The notes under the pieces were generated by a model. The model had not been told where the DNA came from, did not search any database, and saw only the letters and a program-made list of their open reading frames with translations. DNA of 64,000 bases from Syntrophales bacterium (GTDB taxonomy: Bacteria > Desulfobacterota > Syntrophia > Syntrophales > UBA4778). How positions within the stretch are numbered: position 1 is the stretch's first letter; every line of letters starts with the position of its first letter. Both the position numbers and the translations under genes were made by a program. Positions 10,014 to 20,109 of the stretch are shown here, one piece after another. The stretch lies in assembly GCA_963665615.2 (NCBI GenBank), contig CAXXQE010000006.1, forward strand, positions 186,001-250,000. The letters run 5' to 3'.

Positions 10014-12422
10014 ATGCTAGTTAGTCTCAGGTGGCTACAGGATTATGTGGATATCGACTTAAGTCCCGGGGAATTGGCCGATCGGCTGACCATGGCTGGG
10101 CTAGAGGTCGATGCAGTTGAAACCCGTACACCGGCATTCAGCGGCGTCGTGGTCGGCAAGGTGTTGTCGGTCAGCGCCCATCCCGATGCGGACAAGCTGC
10201 GTCTGTGCGAGGTCTCAACGGGCGCCCAGACCTATCGGGTTGTTTGCGGCGCGCCCAACCTTCGGACCGGTATGATATCGGCCTTTGCTGCGGTCGGCGC
10301 CGTTCTTCCAGGCGGCTTCACCATCAAACAGGCAAAGATTCGCGGGCAGCAGTCCGATGGAATGCTCTGTTCCGAACAGGAACTGGGGATCGGCGATGAT
10401 GCCAGCGGAATCATCGAGCTCCCAGAGACACTCACACCCGGCGAAGATCTTGCTTCTGCACTCGGGCTCAACGATACCGTTTTCGACATCTGTATCACGC
10501 CAAACCGTTCTGACTGCCTCAGCATCACCGGCATCGCCAGGGAAGTCGCTGCCATCACGTGCAAACCGTTCCGTTATCCCGTGTGCAATCTCACTGAACG
10601 CGAGGGAAATATTGCAGAAATAGCATCTGTAAAGATCCTTGATCCCGATCTTTGTCCCCGCTATACTGCCCGGCTGATCCGTAACGTAAAAATCGCGCCG
10701 AGTCCCAGGTGGATGCGACTGCGGCTGGAAGCGGTTGGATTGCGTGCGATTAACAACATCGTCGATATTACCAATTTCGTCATGCTCGAATTGGGTCAGC
10801 CCCTTCACGCCTTCGATTATCATTTGTTGGAGGAAGGGCGTATCGTCGTCCGCAGGGCTATAGAGGGAGAGGCTTTTACTTCGCTTGACGGCAAAGACAG
10901 GAGCCTCAGCGCTGATACACTGATGATCTGCGATGGGGCCAAGCCCGTTGCCGTCGCAGGCGTCATGGGCGGCCAGAACTCCGAAGTTCAGGATAACAGT
11001 CAAGATATTCTTTTGGAAAGCGCCTACTTCGATCCGTCGTCTATCCGCAGAACCGCCAAGCGCCTAGGTATGCCCACCGATGCCGCTTACCGCTTCGAAC
11101 GAGGCATCGATCCGGAGGGTTTGATCCGTGCGCTCGACCGGGCCGCGCAGCTGATGGCCGATTGTGCAGAAGGCGAGATTGTCGAAGGAATCATTGATGC
11201 GTATCCCCGACAGATTGAGCGGGCGGCAAACATCACCCTCGCCTCAGATCGCATCGGCACCGTTTTGGGTACCGACCTTTGTGAGGAGGAGATCGTCGCG
11301 CTTCTCAAGGTCCTTAACATGGAGGTGATGCAGGAAGGGAAGCGGCTCTCGGTCACGCCCCCCTCTTACCGCGTTGATATCAAACGGGAAGAAGATCTCA
11401 TTGAGGAAGTGGCCAGGCTATATGGTTACGGCCTTATTCCGGAGACGATTCCAGAGATTAAAACACAACCGGATCGGGACATGCGCCATCGGATGGTTTC
11501 GAAAATTCGTACCTGTCTGACGGGCGACGGCTATACCGAGGTTATCAATTACAGTTTTACGACGCCTGAATCGGTTGAGGCCTTGCGCCTGGGCGAAGCA
11601 GACAACAGACGGCGGTTCATCCGTATCCTCAACCCACTTTCAGAAGATCAGTCGGTCATGAGAACGAGCCCCATCTACGGCCTACTGGATACAATGCGTC
11701 GAAACCTCAATACGGGAAATACCAACCTGAGATTCTTTGAAAAGGGTAAGGTCTTTCTCGTTCGCGATGGTTCCCTGCTGCCAGACGAGCCGGAGAAGCT
11801 CTGCGGTCTGTTGTCCGGCACGCGGCACGAGGGGCTATGGAATGCCAAAGGGACCCAGATCGATTTCTACGACATCAAAGGGTCTGTTGAAAAGCTGCTC
11901 GACGCTCTCGGACTTACAGGTGCGCGCTATATCGCCTCGACCGATCAACCCTATCTACATCCCGGGCGCGCTTGTTGTGTATCCTGGAACGACAGGGTCA
12001 TCGGTTACTTTGGAGAAGTTCATCCAGACGTGCTCTCAAGGATGGATATCAGGGTCAAGGCCCTCATCTTCGAACTGGACGTCGATAGTCTGGCAGACGG
12101 CTATTCTGAACAGGCGGCGCTAAAGGATGTGCCACGATTTCCCCCCAGCTATCGCGACGTCTCTTTTCTGGTTGATCGGTCTGTTGATACAGAAAGTTTG
12201 TTGCGTGCAGCGCTATCAGAGCGTCAAGAATTGCTTGAAAAAATAGAAGTTTTTGATGTATATATGGGCCCAAATATTCCTGAAAGCGCCAAAAGCATCG
12301 CATTACGATTCACCTATCGGTCTGCGGTAAAAACGTTAACGGACGATGAGATAAACGGAATCCACATGAAGCTGGTGAAAAACGTGGCAGATACAACCAG
12401 CGCTAAAATCAGAGGCGAATAA
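10014..12422 (+). CDS. pheT: Phenylalanine--tRNA ligase beta subunit
   Basis: HPDADKL, VCGAPN, TPNRSDCLS and GQPLHAFD motifs; FDX-ACB C-terminus. Confidence 0.99.
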   Translation: MLVSLRWLQDYVDIDLSPGELADRLTMAGLEVDAVETRTPAFSGVVVGKVLSVSAHPDADKLRLCEVSTGAQTYRVVCGAPNLRTGMISAFAAVGAVLPGGFTIKQAKIRGQQSDGMLCSEQELGIGDDASGIIELPETLTPGEDLASALGLNDTVFDICITPNRSDCLSITGIAREVAAITCKPFRYPVCNLTEREGNIAEIASVKILDPDLCPRYTARLIRNVKIAPSPRWMRLRLEAVGLRAINNIVDITNFVMLELGQPLHAFDYHLLEEGRIVVRRAIEGEAFTSLDGKDRSLSADTLMICDGAKPVAVAGVMGGQNSEVQDNSQDILLESAYFDPSSIRRTAKRLGMPTDAAYRFERGIDPEGLIRALDRAAQLMADCAEGEIVEGIIDAYPRQIERAANITLASDRIGTVLGTDLCEEEIVALLKVLNMEVMQEGKRLSVTPPSYRVDIKREEDLIEEVARLYGYGLIPETIPEIKTQPDRDMRHRMVSKIRTCLTGDGYTEVINYSFTTPESVEALRLGEADNRRRFIRILNPLSEDQSVMRTSPIYGLLDTMRRNLNTGNTNLRFFEKGKVFLVRDGSLLPDEPEKLCGLLSGTRHEGLWNAKGTQIDFYDIKGSVEKLLDALGLTGARYIASTDQPYLHPGRACCVSWNDRVIGYFGEVHPDVLSRMDIRVKALIFELDVDSLADGYSEQAALKDVPRFPPSYRDVSFLVDRSVDTESLLRAALSERQELLEKIEVFDVYMGPNIPESAKSIALRFTYRSAVKTLTDDEINGIHMKLVKNVADTTSAKIRGE

Positions 12423-12453
12423 GAACAGATATCCGGAGATTCAGGAGGAAGGT

Positions 12454-12735
12454 ATGACGAAAATCGATATTATTCAGAGCGTTTATGACAAATTAGGCCT
12501 TTCGAAAAAAGATTCTGCCAAGATCGTTGAATCCGTTTTTGCAATTATGAAAGAAAATCTTGCCAAAGGTGAGAAGATAAAAATCTCCGGATTTGGTAAC
12601 TTTGTAGTTAAAGATAAAAAATCGAGAAGAGGCAGAAATCCTCAAACAGGATCAGAAATTGAGATTTCTGAAAGAAGAGTACTGTCTTTTAAATCAAGTC
12701 AGGTTCTCAGAAAAATCCTGAACGATAAAGAATAA
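12454..12735 (+). CDS. ihfA: Integration host factor alpha subunit
   Basis: KISGFGNF...RRGRNPQTG; directly after pheT. Confidence 0.95.
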   Translation: MTKIDIIQSVYDKLGLSKKDSAKIVESVFAIMKENLAKGEKIKISGFGNFVVKDKKSRRGRNPQTGSEIEISERRVLSFKSSQVLRKILNDKE

Positions 12736-12842
12736 CTGTCAGCTTTTTTCTAAAAAATATCTTTTGAAAAGACCTCCCAAGGGTGCTTCTTGACCTCTCG
12801 TTGTTTGGTGGTTTTGCGACAATGTCGGAGAGGGTCGATCTC

Positions 12843-13196
12843 GTGGATATAACGATTCCTGATAAAGCCTTTTTTACGATAGGCGAGGTCGGCAAGTTGC
12901 TGAACCTTGAACCCTACGTCGTCAGGTACTGGGAATCAGAATTTAAGGCGATCAAGCCTGTCCGTACTGGAGCAGATCAACGTCGATATCGAAAAAAAGA
13001 CGTTGAATTGCTCTTGGTCATAAAAAAACTGCTTTACGAAGATGGGTTCACGATTGCGGGGGCGAAGAAACAGCTCCAGCAGTTAAAAAAAGATGAACTC
13101 CCCAGCCATTCAGACAACTCCCCTGAAAAGAGTGACGTTGACAGACTGACGACTATCAAAAAAGGATTGCTGGAACTGAAGGATATGTTGCGATAA
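12843..13196 (+). CDS. MerR-family transcriptional regulator
   Basis: FTIGEV...RYWESEF...QRRYRKKD; usual position after ihfA. GTG start chosen from the RBS (alternative ATG at 12822). Confidence 0.9.
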   Translation: MDITIPDKAFFTIGEVGKLLNLEPYVVRYWESEFKAIKPVRTGADQRRYRKKDVELLLVIKKLLYEDGFTIAGAKKQLQQLKKDELPSHSDNSPEKSDVDRLTTIKKGLLELKDMLR

Positions 13197-13304
13197 GCAC
13201 TGAAGAGCTTTACAGATCCTCTAAAAACCGACAACTCCCCGTGAAAAAATCCGGATAGCTGAAACATCAGAGACTAAACTTTTCAGAAGCCTCCCAAGCG
13301 GACA

Positions 13305-13652
13305 TTACAGCGTTCCCACAAGCTCCAAAACGATCTGGGGAAGAACATTGGCTTGAGCGGCTTCCGCCATCTGGGGATTGCTACGAATCAAATCGCCAAT
13401 CTGCTGAAGCACTTGATCAGCCTCTTGCCCATTCGATATTCCGACTTGTGCAGCGTCCATATTGGAAGTGGCAATCTGAGCACCGATGATCGAGACGGAT
13501 TCGTCCTGAAATAAAACGCTTCCCGTTGACTGAGCTTCCTTGTCGAACGACTCGCTGGCCTTTCCTTTTCTGTCGGCAGCCGGACCCGCGGCAGACTTAT
13601 TGTCGCGTGTCTTAAGTTCGGTTCCCGAAAATAATTTTATCGTTTCAACCAT
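13305..13652 (-). CDS. Small protein resembling the flagellin C-terminal helix only
   Basis: GAGG RBS. C-terminus NMDAAQVGI...AQANVLPQIVLELV aligns without gaps to the flagellin C-terminal consensus. sigma28 promoter upstream. Confidence 0.7.
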   Translation of the reverse strand: MVETIKLFSGTELKTRDNKSAAGPAADRKGKASESFDKEAQSTGSVLFQDESVSIIGAQIATSNMDAAQVGISNGQEADQVLQQIGDLIRSNPQMAEAAQANVLPQIVLELVGTL

Positions 13653-13720
13653 TTCAGACCTCTCATTTGATTTCGTCCATAGACGCCACCGATTCTCTGC
13701 GCGCACCACTGCATCGATAT

Positions 13721-13747
13721 ATATCGGCAGAGACCGAAAAAACTTTA
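13721..13747 (-). promoter_or_regulatory. sigma28 (FliA) promoter
   Basis: TAAA-N15-GCCGATAT on the minus strand, 68 nt upstream of ATG 13652. Confidence 0.85.
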
Positions 13748-13779
13748 AGACCTCTTTAACAATGACAGGACGCGAAAAA

Positions 13780-13897
13780 TTGGAGATTCCACGGAGCAAG
13801 CTCCGGAAAATCTCCGATCCCTAAGGAAAACATTCCGTTCTGAATCGCTCGCATTCCCCACTGCTTGCCGCGGGGAATGCGAGCACTGACGGATTCA
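13780..13897 (+). repeat. 118-bp twin-hairpin repeat, copy 2 (contains plsB stop codon)
   Basis: CGGAGC-AA-GCTCCG and GCTCGCATTCCCC...GGGGAATGCGAGC hairpins; ends GGATTCA. Confidence 0.88.
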
Positions 13898-16525
13898 AAG
13901 GAATCGGAAAAGTCGCTGACGAAGGACTTCCATTCTGCCCCGATCCGCGGTTAGAACATAAAAGCGCATCTCTCTGTCTTTTTTACCTTTAATTGCCTGA
14001 AGTGCGAGGTATCCTTCGTCAGACAGAAACTTCATTGCATTATTGTAATTGGGAACGGAGAGGGCTTCGAGGCGACTGATTTCCCCCTTTTTGAACATAC
14101 GGGTTCCCAACAGCTGCACCTTCTTTTCAAAATTGCGTTCCGTCCTGGATTCTTTTTTCAAATAGGAACACCCACGTACAACCACCCAGTAGGATTCGAT
14201 GTAATTATGAATCAACCCGGCAAACGGCTGTAAATCTGTCCGCCGGTGACTTCTCACTTCAACCGATGCGGGGACATCCTCCCTATTTTCCCGAAGAATG
14301 CCTTTGCGTTTCAGATAATCAAGCGCCTCTTCAATTTCATTCGCATCCTCACGGCTCTGATTAAAAATAAACTCATTCGAAAAGATCTTCTTGAAAAAAC
14401 CATAATCCGAAAGAATGTGCTCGAAAGAGACCCTGTCTGCGTTGCGAGACAAAATGGAGGCTGCCACAAAAGACAGCGGCAGAAAAAAGTGAAGGATGTT
14501 ATTTTTATAATATTCCAGATTGAGTCGTTTGTCTTCTGGAACGGAATAGACGATTTCCTCGATCTCATCTTCTCGATCTTCCTCTTCGACGCCCATGAGG
14601 TCGAGGAGTTTGGACTGTTCAAAAAGCGCCAAGGCATCTGCCATCGCTCTTTCGCGGCTCGAAAAGGTTGAAGCGAGTTTGACGCGATTACCCACCAGCC
14701 AGTCACAAAACAAATCGTAGATGCGGTTCAACTCGTTTTGAGCGATGCCCCGTCGATAATGGCTCAACAGGCAACAGGCCATCAGGGAAAAGGGCGTAAC
14801 GACGGACACCTGATTGATAGCACTGACGATTTCGTATCCGATTCGGCGATACAAGTTCTGTCGCTCGACGGCATCCAGTTCCTCATACGTCTTTTCCAGA
14901 GGCGACAGATAAGACTTCAGGAGCATGGGCTCGGCGATATTGACATACACACTTCCATAACGCCTGCGGAGGATGCTGCTTGTCTTAAGCAAATCGGCCA
15001 CTTTTTCCGGTTGTTTCGCTTCGCCGCCGATTTCCTGGAGATAGCTTTTCTCTTCAATAATCTTATCATAACCGATATAGATCGGAATCAAGGCCACATC
15101 ATCGCTGATTCCTTCTTGATAAGCCTGTAGAACCATGGACAAGATATCATACTTGGGCAATACCATCTTGCCGGTGCGACTTCGCCCTCCCTCGATGAAA
15201 AACTCAATCGGGAAACCTTCCTTGAGAAGGACCTTGATATACTTAGATAGCACCGCGTGATAGAAATCCCCTTCCTGAAAACGCTGCCGAATGAAGAAAG
15301 CCCCACATTTGCGTGCAATGGGTCCCAAGGGCCAAAAGCCAAGATGCTCCCCTGCCGCCACAAAGGGAAGTTGAATACTATGATCTTCCATCACGTAGTG
15401 AAGCAGCAAATAATCCATGTGACTGCGATGACAGGGGATGATCACGAAGGGCATTTTCTTGGAAATTTCCTTGATACGGTCTAAATCCCTTTGATCGACA
15501 ATAATTCCGTCATAAATATTGTTCCAAAGCCAAGTCAACAACTTGTAGAAGATCTCAATGTAGATCTCGTTAAAATCGGCTGCAATTTCATTGAGATATT
15601 TCTTCGCCTCACGGGTAAACGCCTTGAAGTTTTTCGAACCATTCACGGTCATGGCTTCCATCGATTTGACCATGTACGTATCGCGAAGAACCGTCTCCAT
15701 CAGCTCATCCCTGGATTTGAGAACAGGACCAAAAATTGCCCGCTTTTCACTGTCGATCCGCTCGATCAGTTCACGTCGAATATGGTACGAGGCTGTTTCC
15801 AGGGATTTGCCCTTGTATCGATCGAGGATCTCCGCAAGATCGACGGGACGCGAGCATAAGACCCTCCCCTTCTTCGAATGACGTAAAAAGGTATAGGTAC
15901 GACGGAAAGGACCGGGATTCTCCTTCATCCCGAGCAAAATTTCTATAAAAGTCCTTTGCGACTTCTCACGACGCCATCCATACGAGACCAAAACCGGAAC
16001 GATATAAATGGGACGGCTAAAATGATTGCCTACTTCGATCAGCTGGGCAATGGGATCTTGAGCAGGCTTAAAGGACAAAAACTCGGATCCCCGCAAATAG
16101 ATCACGCCAAAAGCGCCTCGGCGATCGATCTCATTGAGCGGTAAAGGCCCGTGGTGCGCCTTTTTCCGACCTGAAAGCACGCCAAGGACGCGGGAAACAA
16201 GAATTCTAAGGTTGGTCGAAAAGGGCTGCCACAGAGTCATATTGATACCGTGACAGAACAATTCCCCTTGAAAAGTCTGCGCTAAAATATCCCTTAAGAT
16301 AAGGCAATTGAGCTGACTTTTGTTTTTCTGGGCAAAAACGAGGAGGCCTCTGCGGGACAATTCGCTCAATTCATCAACATACTCTTTTGCAATGGTAACT
16401 CTTGCGATATAGCGATTGAAAAGAAAACGACACAGCAGCGACTTTTTCCGGGTAAGAAATCCCGTAAAATAAAATTCAATCTTGCTGCTGAAGTCCTCAG
16501 GGGCGGATGAAGATGCTTTATTCAT
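13895..16525 (-). CDS. plsB: Glycerol-3-phosphate O-acyltransferase
   Basis: PCHRSHMDY (HxxxxD), GAFFIR, FFIEGGRSRTG and IPIYIGY acyltransferase blocks; 876 aa. Confidence 0.88.
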   Translation of the reverse strand: MNKASSSAPEDFSSKIEFYFTGFLTRKKSLLCRFLFNRYIARVTIAKEYVDELSELSRRGLLVFAQKNKSQLNCLILRDILAQTFQGELFCHGINMTLWQPFSTNLRILVSRVLGVLSGRKKAHHGPLPLNEIDRRGAFGVIYLRGSEFLSFKPAQDPIAQLIEVGNHFSRPIYIVPVLVSYGWRREKSQRTFIEILLGMKENPGPFRRTYTFLRHSKKGRVLCSRPVDLAEILDRYKGKSLETASYHIRRELIERIDSEKRAIFGPVLKSRDELMETVLRDTYMVKSMEAMTVNGSKNFKAFTREAKKYLNEIAADFNEIYIEIFYKLLTWLWNNIYDGIIVDQRDLDRIKEISKKMPFVIIPCHRSHMDYLLLHYVMEDHSIQLPFVAAGEHLGFWPLGPIARKCGAFFIRQRFQEGDFYHAVLSKYIKVLLKEGFPIEFFIEGGRSRTGKMVLPKYDILSMVLQAYQEGISDDVALIPIYIGYDKIIEEKSYLQEIGGEAKQPEKVADLLKTSSILRRRYGSVYVNIAEPMLLKSYLSPLEKTYEELDAVERQNLYRRIGYEIVSAINQVSVVTPFSLMACCLLSHYRRGIAQNELNRIYDLFCDWLVGNRVKLASTFSSRERAMADALALFEQSKLLDLMGVEEEDREDEIEEIVYSVPEDKRLNLEYYKNNILHFFLPLSFVAASILSRNADRVSFEHILSDYGFFKKIFSNEFIFNQSREDANEIEEALDYLKRKGILRENREDVPASVEVRSHRRTDLQPFAGLIHNYIESYWVVVRGCSYLKKESRTERNFEKKVQLLGTRMFKKGEISRLEALSVPNYNNAMKFLSDEGYLALQAIKGKKDREMRFYVLTADRGRMEVLRQRLFRFL

Positions 16526-16533
16526 ATATCCTA

Positions 16534-16654
16534 TTAAAGACTCGCCGGGGCCAGCTCCGGGAAATCTCCGATCCTTAAGGAAGATGTTTTTATTATGATT
16601 CGCTCGCCACCCCGCAACAGCAAGCTGCGAGGCATGCGCTCTCTACCGGATTCA
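16534..16654 (+). repeat. 118-bp twin-hairpin repeat, copy 3
   Basis: GACTCGCCGG...GCTCCGG..AATCTCCGATCC..AAGGAAGATG...TGATTCGCTCGC...GCAAGCTGCG...CCGGATTCA. Confidence 0.88.
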
Positions 16655-16772
16655 TTGTGTCACCGGAGCTCTTTCATGACGGCATCCGGATTGGTTTTAA
16701 AAAGTTGATTCATCGACAGGAAACGATATGTCAGAGAAGGCTTTTTCAATCTCCACAAAACGCAATGAGATC

Positions 16773-18584
16773 TTAGCTGATACTACAATTCTGGTCCTCT
16801 TCCTTTGCAAAAACGTCCGGAAATCGCCGCACCATATACTTTTTGACATACTCTTCAATATCGGCGGCACATGACAGGGTCATGATTTTCTTTACAAGGG
16901 CCTTCGATTCGGTGCTCTTGGCACGCCTGATAATCTTCTTGACCCTGGGAATCGCCATAGGATTCATGCTCAGTTCATCAAGCTCAAGCCCCACCAAAAT
17001 CAAGGTGTAGGCCGGCTCGCCAGCCATCTCACCACACATCGAAACCCGAATACCGGCCTTATGGGCGGCCGTAACAATCATTTTTATTAATCGTAATACC
17101 GCAGGATGAAGGGGTTCATACAAATAAGTCACGCGCTCGTTTACCCGATCGATAGCCAGGGCATACTGAATGAGGTCATTGGTCCCGATGCTGAAAAAAT
17201 CGACTTCCTGGGCCAAACGATCGGCAATCAAAACGGCGGACGGGACTTCGATCATGATGCCGATTTCGATATCCGCTGCAAAGGGAATATGCTCCAACGT
17301 CAATTCCCGTTTGACCTCTTCCAGAACCCTTTTGGCCTCAAGGATTTCCTCAAGGCATGAAATCATCGGGAAAAGAATACGCGTTTTACCGTGGACACTT
17401 GCCCGGAGAATGGCACGCAACTGAATCTTAAAAAGTTCAATCTCCTGCAGACAAAAACGAATTGCGCGGAGCCCCATCACCGGATTGGTCTCTTTTGTCA
17501 ACTCCTTGGCTAACCGAGGATCGGAAATGAACTTATCACCACCAAGATCGAAGGTTCTGATGGTTGACCATGCCAACCCCTTGCCTTCGAGCAGATGCTT
17601 GTAATTGTTATAATGCTCCCGTTCTGTAGGCAGACGCTCCTTGTTGATATACAGAAACTCCGTTCTGTAAAGTCCAACGCCTTCGGCGCCATGTATCAGG
17701 GCCGAAGGAATTTCTTCGATAAATTCAACATTGGCGCTGATATCGATGCGTCGTCCGTCCAGGGTGATGGCTGGCTGCGAGGCCTCCTTGAGCAGATCCT
17801 CTTCAAGCTCCCGGAAATGCCGGCTCTTATCTTCATACCGCTTAATAATCTCCGGGTCGGGATTGATTAAGACGATCCCGTCACAGCCATCGACAATGAT
17901 ATAATCGTCATTATGGATCTCGTGGGTAATCCGTTCAAGTCCCACAACCGCCGGGATTCCAATCGAGCGCGCCACAATCGCCGTATGCGACGTCTTGCCC
18001 CCAATCTCGGTGGCAAATCCCAAGACCCGGCCGATCTTCATTTGGACGGTGTCAGCCGGAGAAAGATCTCTGGCAATAATGATGACATCGCCCTTGATCT
18101 CTGTGATGGGTTCGCGTTTGGTTTCAGACAGAGATCTCAAAATCCGCTGTCCCACATACTCCACATCGCTGATCCGTTGTTTTAGATAAAGATCTTCGAT
18201 TTTGCTGAAGGCTTTGCGGTACTTTTCGATCGTCAACATCAGAGCCCATTCGGCATTGATTTTTCTGGACTCGATGTTTTCAATTGTGCTTTGTATCAAG
18301 GACGCATCCTTGAGCATCATGATGTGGGCGTCAATAATGAAGAGGGGTTCCAGCCCCTTTTCCTCGCTCATCGCCTTGCGGATATCGAGGAGTTCGGTTT
18401 TGGCTTCTCCGATCGCTTTTTTAAACCGCTTAATCTCATCGGCGATATGGGATGCGCTGTGGAGATGGAGATAGGGCACCGGGACATCCATGTCATCCAA
18501 CAAGTAGGCCCTGCCGCTGACGATGCCAGGGGAAACGCCAATGCCTTTTATGACCACATTATGCCTGGATTCAAGACGAGCCAT
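16773..18584 (-). CDS. ptsI: Phosphoenolpyruvate-protein phosphotransferase (PTS enzyme I)
   Basis: GGKTSHTAI phospho-His motif; GLYRTEF, SIGTNDLIQY and CGEMAG. Confidence 0.96.
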   Translation of the reverse strand: MARLESRHNVVIKGIGVSPGIVSGRAYLLDDMDVPVPYLHLHSASHIADEIKRFKKAIGEAKTELLDIRKAMSEEKGLEPLFIIDAHIMMLKDASLIQSTIENIESRKINAEWALMLTIEKYRKAFSKIEDLYLKQRISDVEYVGQRILRSLSETKREPITEIKGDVIIIARDLSPADTVQMKIGRVLGFATEIGGKTSHTAIVARSIGIPAVVGLERITHEIHNDDYIIVDGCDGIVLINPDPEIIKRYEDKSRHFRELEEDLLKEASQPAITLDGRRIDISANVEFIEEIPSALIHGAEGVGLYRTEFLYINKERLPTEREHYNNYKHLLEGKGLAWSTIRTFDLGGDKFISDPRLAKELTKETNPVMGLRAIRFCLQEIELFKIQLRAILRASVHGKTRILFPMISCLEEILEAKRVLEEVKRELTLEHIPFAADIEIGIMIEVPSAVLIADRLAQEVDFFSIGTNDLIQYALAIDRVNERVTYLYEPLHPAVLRLIKMIVTAAHKAGIRVSMCGEMAGEPAYTLILVGLELDELSMNPMAIPRVKKIIRRAKSTESKALVKKIMTLSCAADIEEYVKKYMVRRFPDVFAKEEDQNCSIS

Positions 18585-18856
18585 CAGGCTTTTTCTCCAA
18601 ACTTATTATCAATGAGCTTCCCAATATCCGAGAGCGCTTCCTCCGCATCAACGCCCTCGGCCCTGATAGATATCGTGCTTCCCTTTGGACAGGCCAACGT
18701 CAGAATGCCCAAGATACTTTTACCATTCACCTCAACACCGTCTTTTTCGAGGGAGATCTTCGACTTGTATTTGTTGGTCACCTGAACCATCAACGCCGCA
18801 GCCCTAGCATGAAGACCGAGCTCGTTGATAATATGAAAACTCTGTATTTTCTCCAT
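18584..18856 (-). CDS. ptsH: Phosphocarrier protein HPr
   Basis: NELGLHARAA (His15) and NGKSILG (Ser46). Confidence 0.95.
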   Translation of the reverse strand: MEKIQSFHIINELGLHARAAALMVQVTNKYKSKISLEKDGVEVNGKSILGILTLACPKGSTISIRAEGVDAEEALSDIGKLIDNKFGEKA

Positions 18857-19138
18857 TCCTATCACCACACGACCTTCATCGCTTCATCAATATGTTCGTA
18901 TTTTCGTTAAATTGTTGAAACATCTCCCATCACTGGAGAGCAGTGAAAGGTTATTATTTCTACAAAGGTTTTTCCCAAGATGTCAAGACGATTCATCGCA
19001 AGACCACAAATAAATGTCAATCCAGAGATATGAGATGCCGCAAAGCCCACAACAACCGCAGGCAGCCTGTGCCGCCGATCCGCGCCTTGCGTTGACCTGA
19101 TCGCCGATTAAATCCAAAATCGACGCCGAAAGCACCTA

Positions 19139-19255
19139 TGAATTCGTCGGCGAGCGCATTCCTCGCGGTTTGGCGGGAGGAAGCGAACGAATCAGAACCG
19201 AACATCTTCCTTGAGAATCGGAGATTCGCCTGAGATTGCTTCGGTGAGTCTTCAA
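19139..19255 (-). repeat. 118-bp twin-hairpin repeat, copy 4
   Basis: TGAATTC...GAGCGCATTCC...CGAATCAGAAC...GAATCGGAGATTCGCC...GGTGAGTCTTCAA. Confidence 0.9.
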
Positions 19256-19407
19256 TTGCTTTTTCCTTTCTGGTATCTTTTCAATTGACATTTTTTGTAT
19301 TTTCCATTATTTAGTTGCCTCTTCATAGCTTTTCAGGTACCGGGCAATCTTCGGCAGAAATGAACCCGGTATTTTTTTATGACACGTTTTGCAGGAGGTT
19401 TTTATCG

Positions 19408-19695
19408 ATGCTTTGTAACACAGTTAAATCTGGGATAGAATGTGCTTTCATGAACAAGGGCGGATGCGGCTTCCCGGGAGGCAGTTGCCGTCCCATCATT
19501 GAGAAGTGCGAAGGTTGCAATAAGACCCTTGAAACAGAAACAGGCAAGTACTGCAAGGTTTATCCGGATCCTACTGCCAAGTGGATTACGGGCACCTGTC
19601 CGACGGCATCTCATATCAAGAGAGAAGTGAAGGAAGAGCAGAAGATCAACCCTCTGAAGGCGTCGAAGAGAGCCAGCAAGAAGGGATCTAAATAA
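19408..19695 (+). CDS. PxxKW-family cysteine-rich protein
   Basis: AGGAGG RBS; eight Cys, PTAKW motif, KINPLKASKR tail. Confidence 0.88.
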   Translation: MLCNTVKSGIECAFMNKGGCGFPGGSCRPIIEKCEGCNKTLETETGKYCKVYPDPTAKWITGTCPTASHIKREVKEEQKINPLKASKRASKKGSK

Positions 19696-19708
19696 AGGGG
19701 ACTTATGG

Positions 19709-19743
19709 GATCAAAGGCGGCGTTCACCGCCTTTGATCGTTTT
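19709..19743 (+). terminator. Intrinsic terminator between convergent genes
   Basis: GATCAAAGGCGG-N6-CCGCCTTTGATC followed by a T run. Confidence 0.75.
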
Positions 19744-19756
19744 ATTTCCCGGCGTA

Positions 19757-20044
19757 TTATCGTTCGGGAAGCAGGTTCTGTCTCCTGAATTGACGTAGTG
19801 CATCAGCAGAAATGATAGCACAGCGCTGATCTATCATGTCGAATACGATAACGGCCCGTCCAGAGACAATTTGCTTGTGGACTATCCGGACCTTTTCTTC
19901 TAGCGGAAGCTCGTTGGCGCTATAGTCGGTACCTTCCCTGGTCACGTATTCTTCAATGACCGCCCGCATCGCTTCGGCGGTCAGCCTCTCCCAGGGAATC
20001 TCGAGAAAGCGTTCCTCCGGGATAATCTGATCCTGAGTCGTCAT
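19757..20044 (-). CDS. YheU (UPF0270) family protein
   Basis: IPWERL...IEEYVTREGTDY...G.AVIVFD. Confidence 0.88.
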   Translation of the reverse strand: MTTQDQIIPEERFLEIPWERLTAEAMRAVIEEYVTREGTDYSANELPLEEKVRIVHKQIVSGRAVIVFDMIDQRCAIISADALRQFRRQNLLPER

Positions 20045-20109
20045 CAAAAGCCCCAACTCCAGCTGCCCGGCATCAGCTTACCTGGCGTCGTTTCACGCAT
20101 GGGCGTTCT

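Noticed and set aside
13197..13304. tRNA-Pro often found after ihfA-merR
   Set aside because: No cloverleaf or T-arm motif is visible here.
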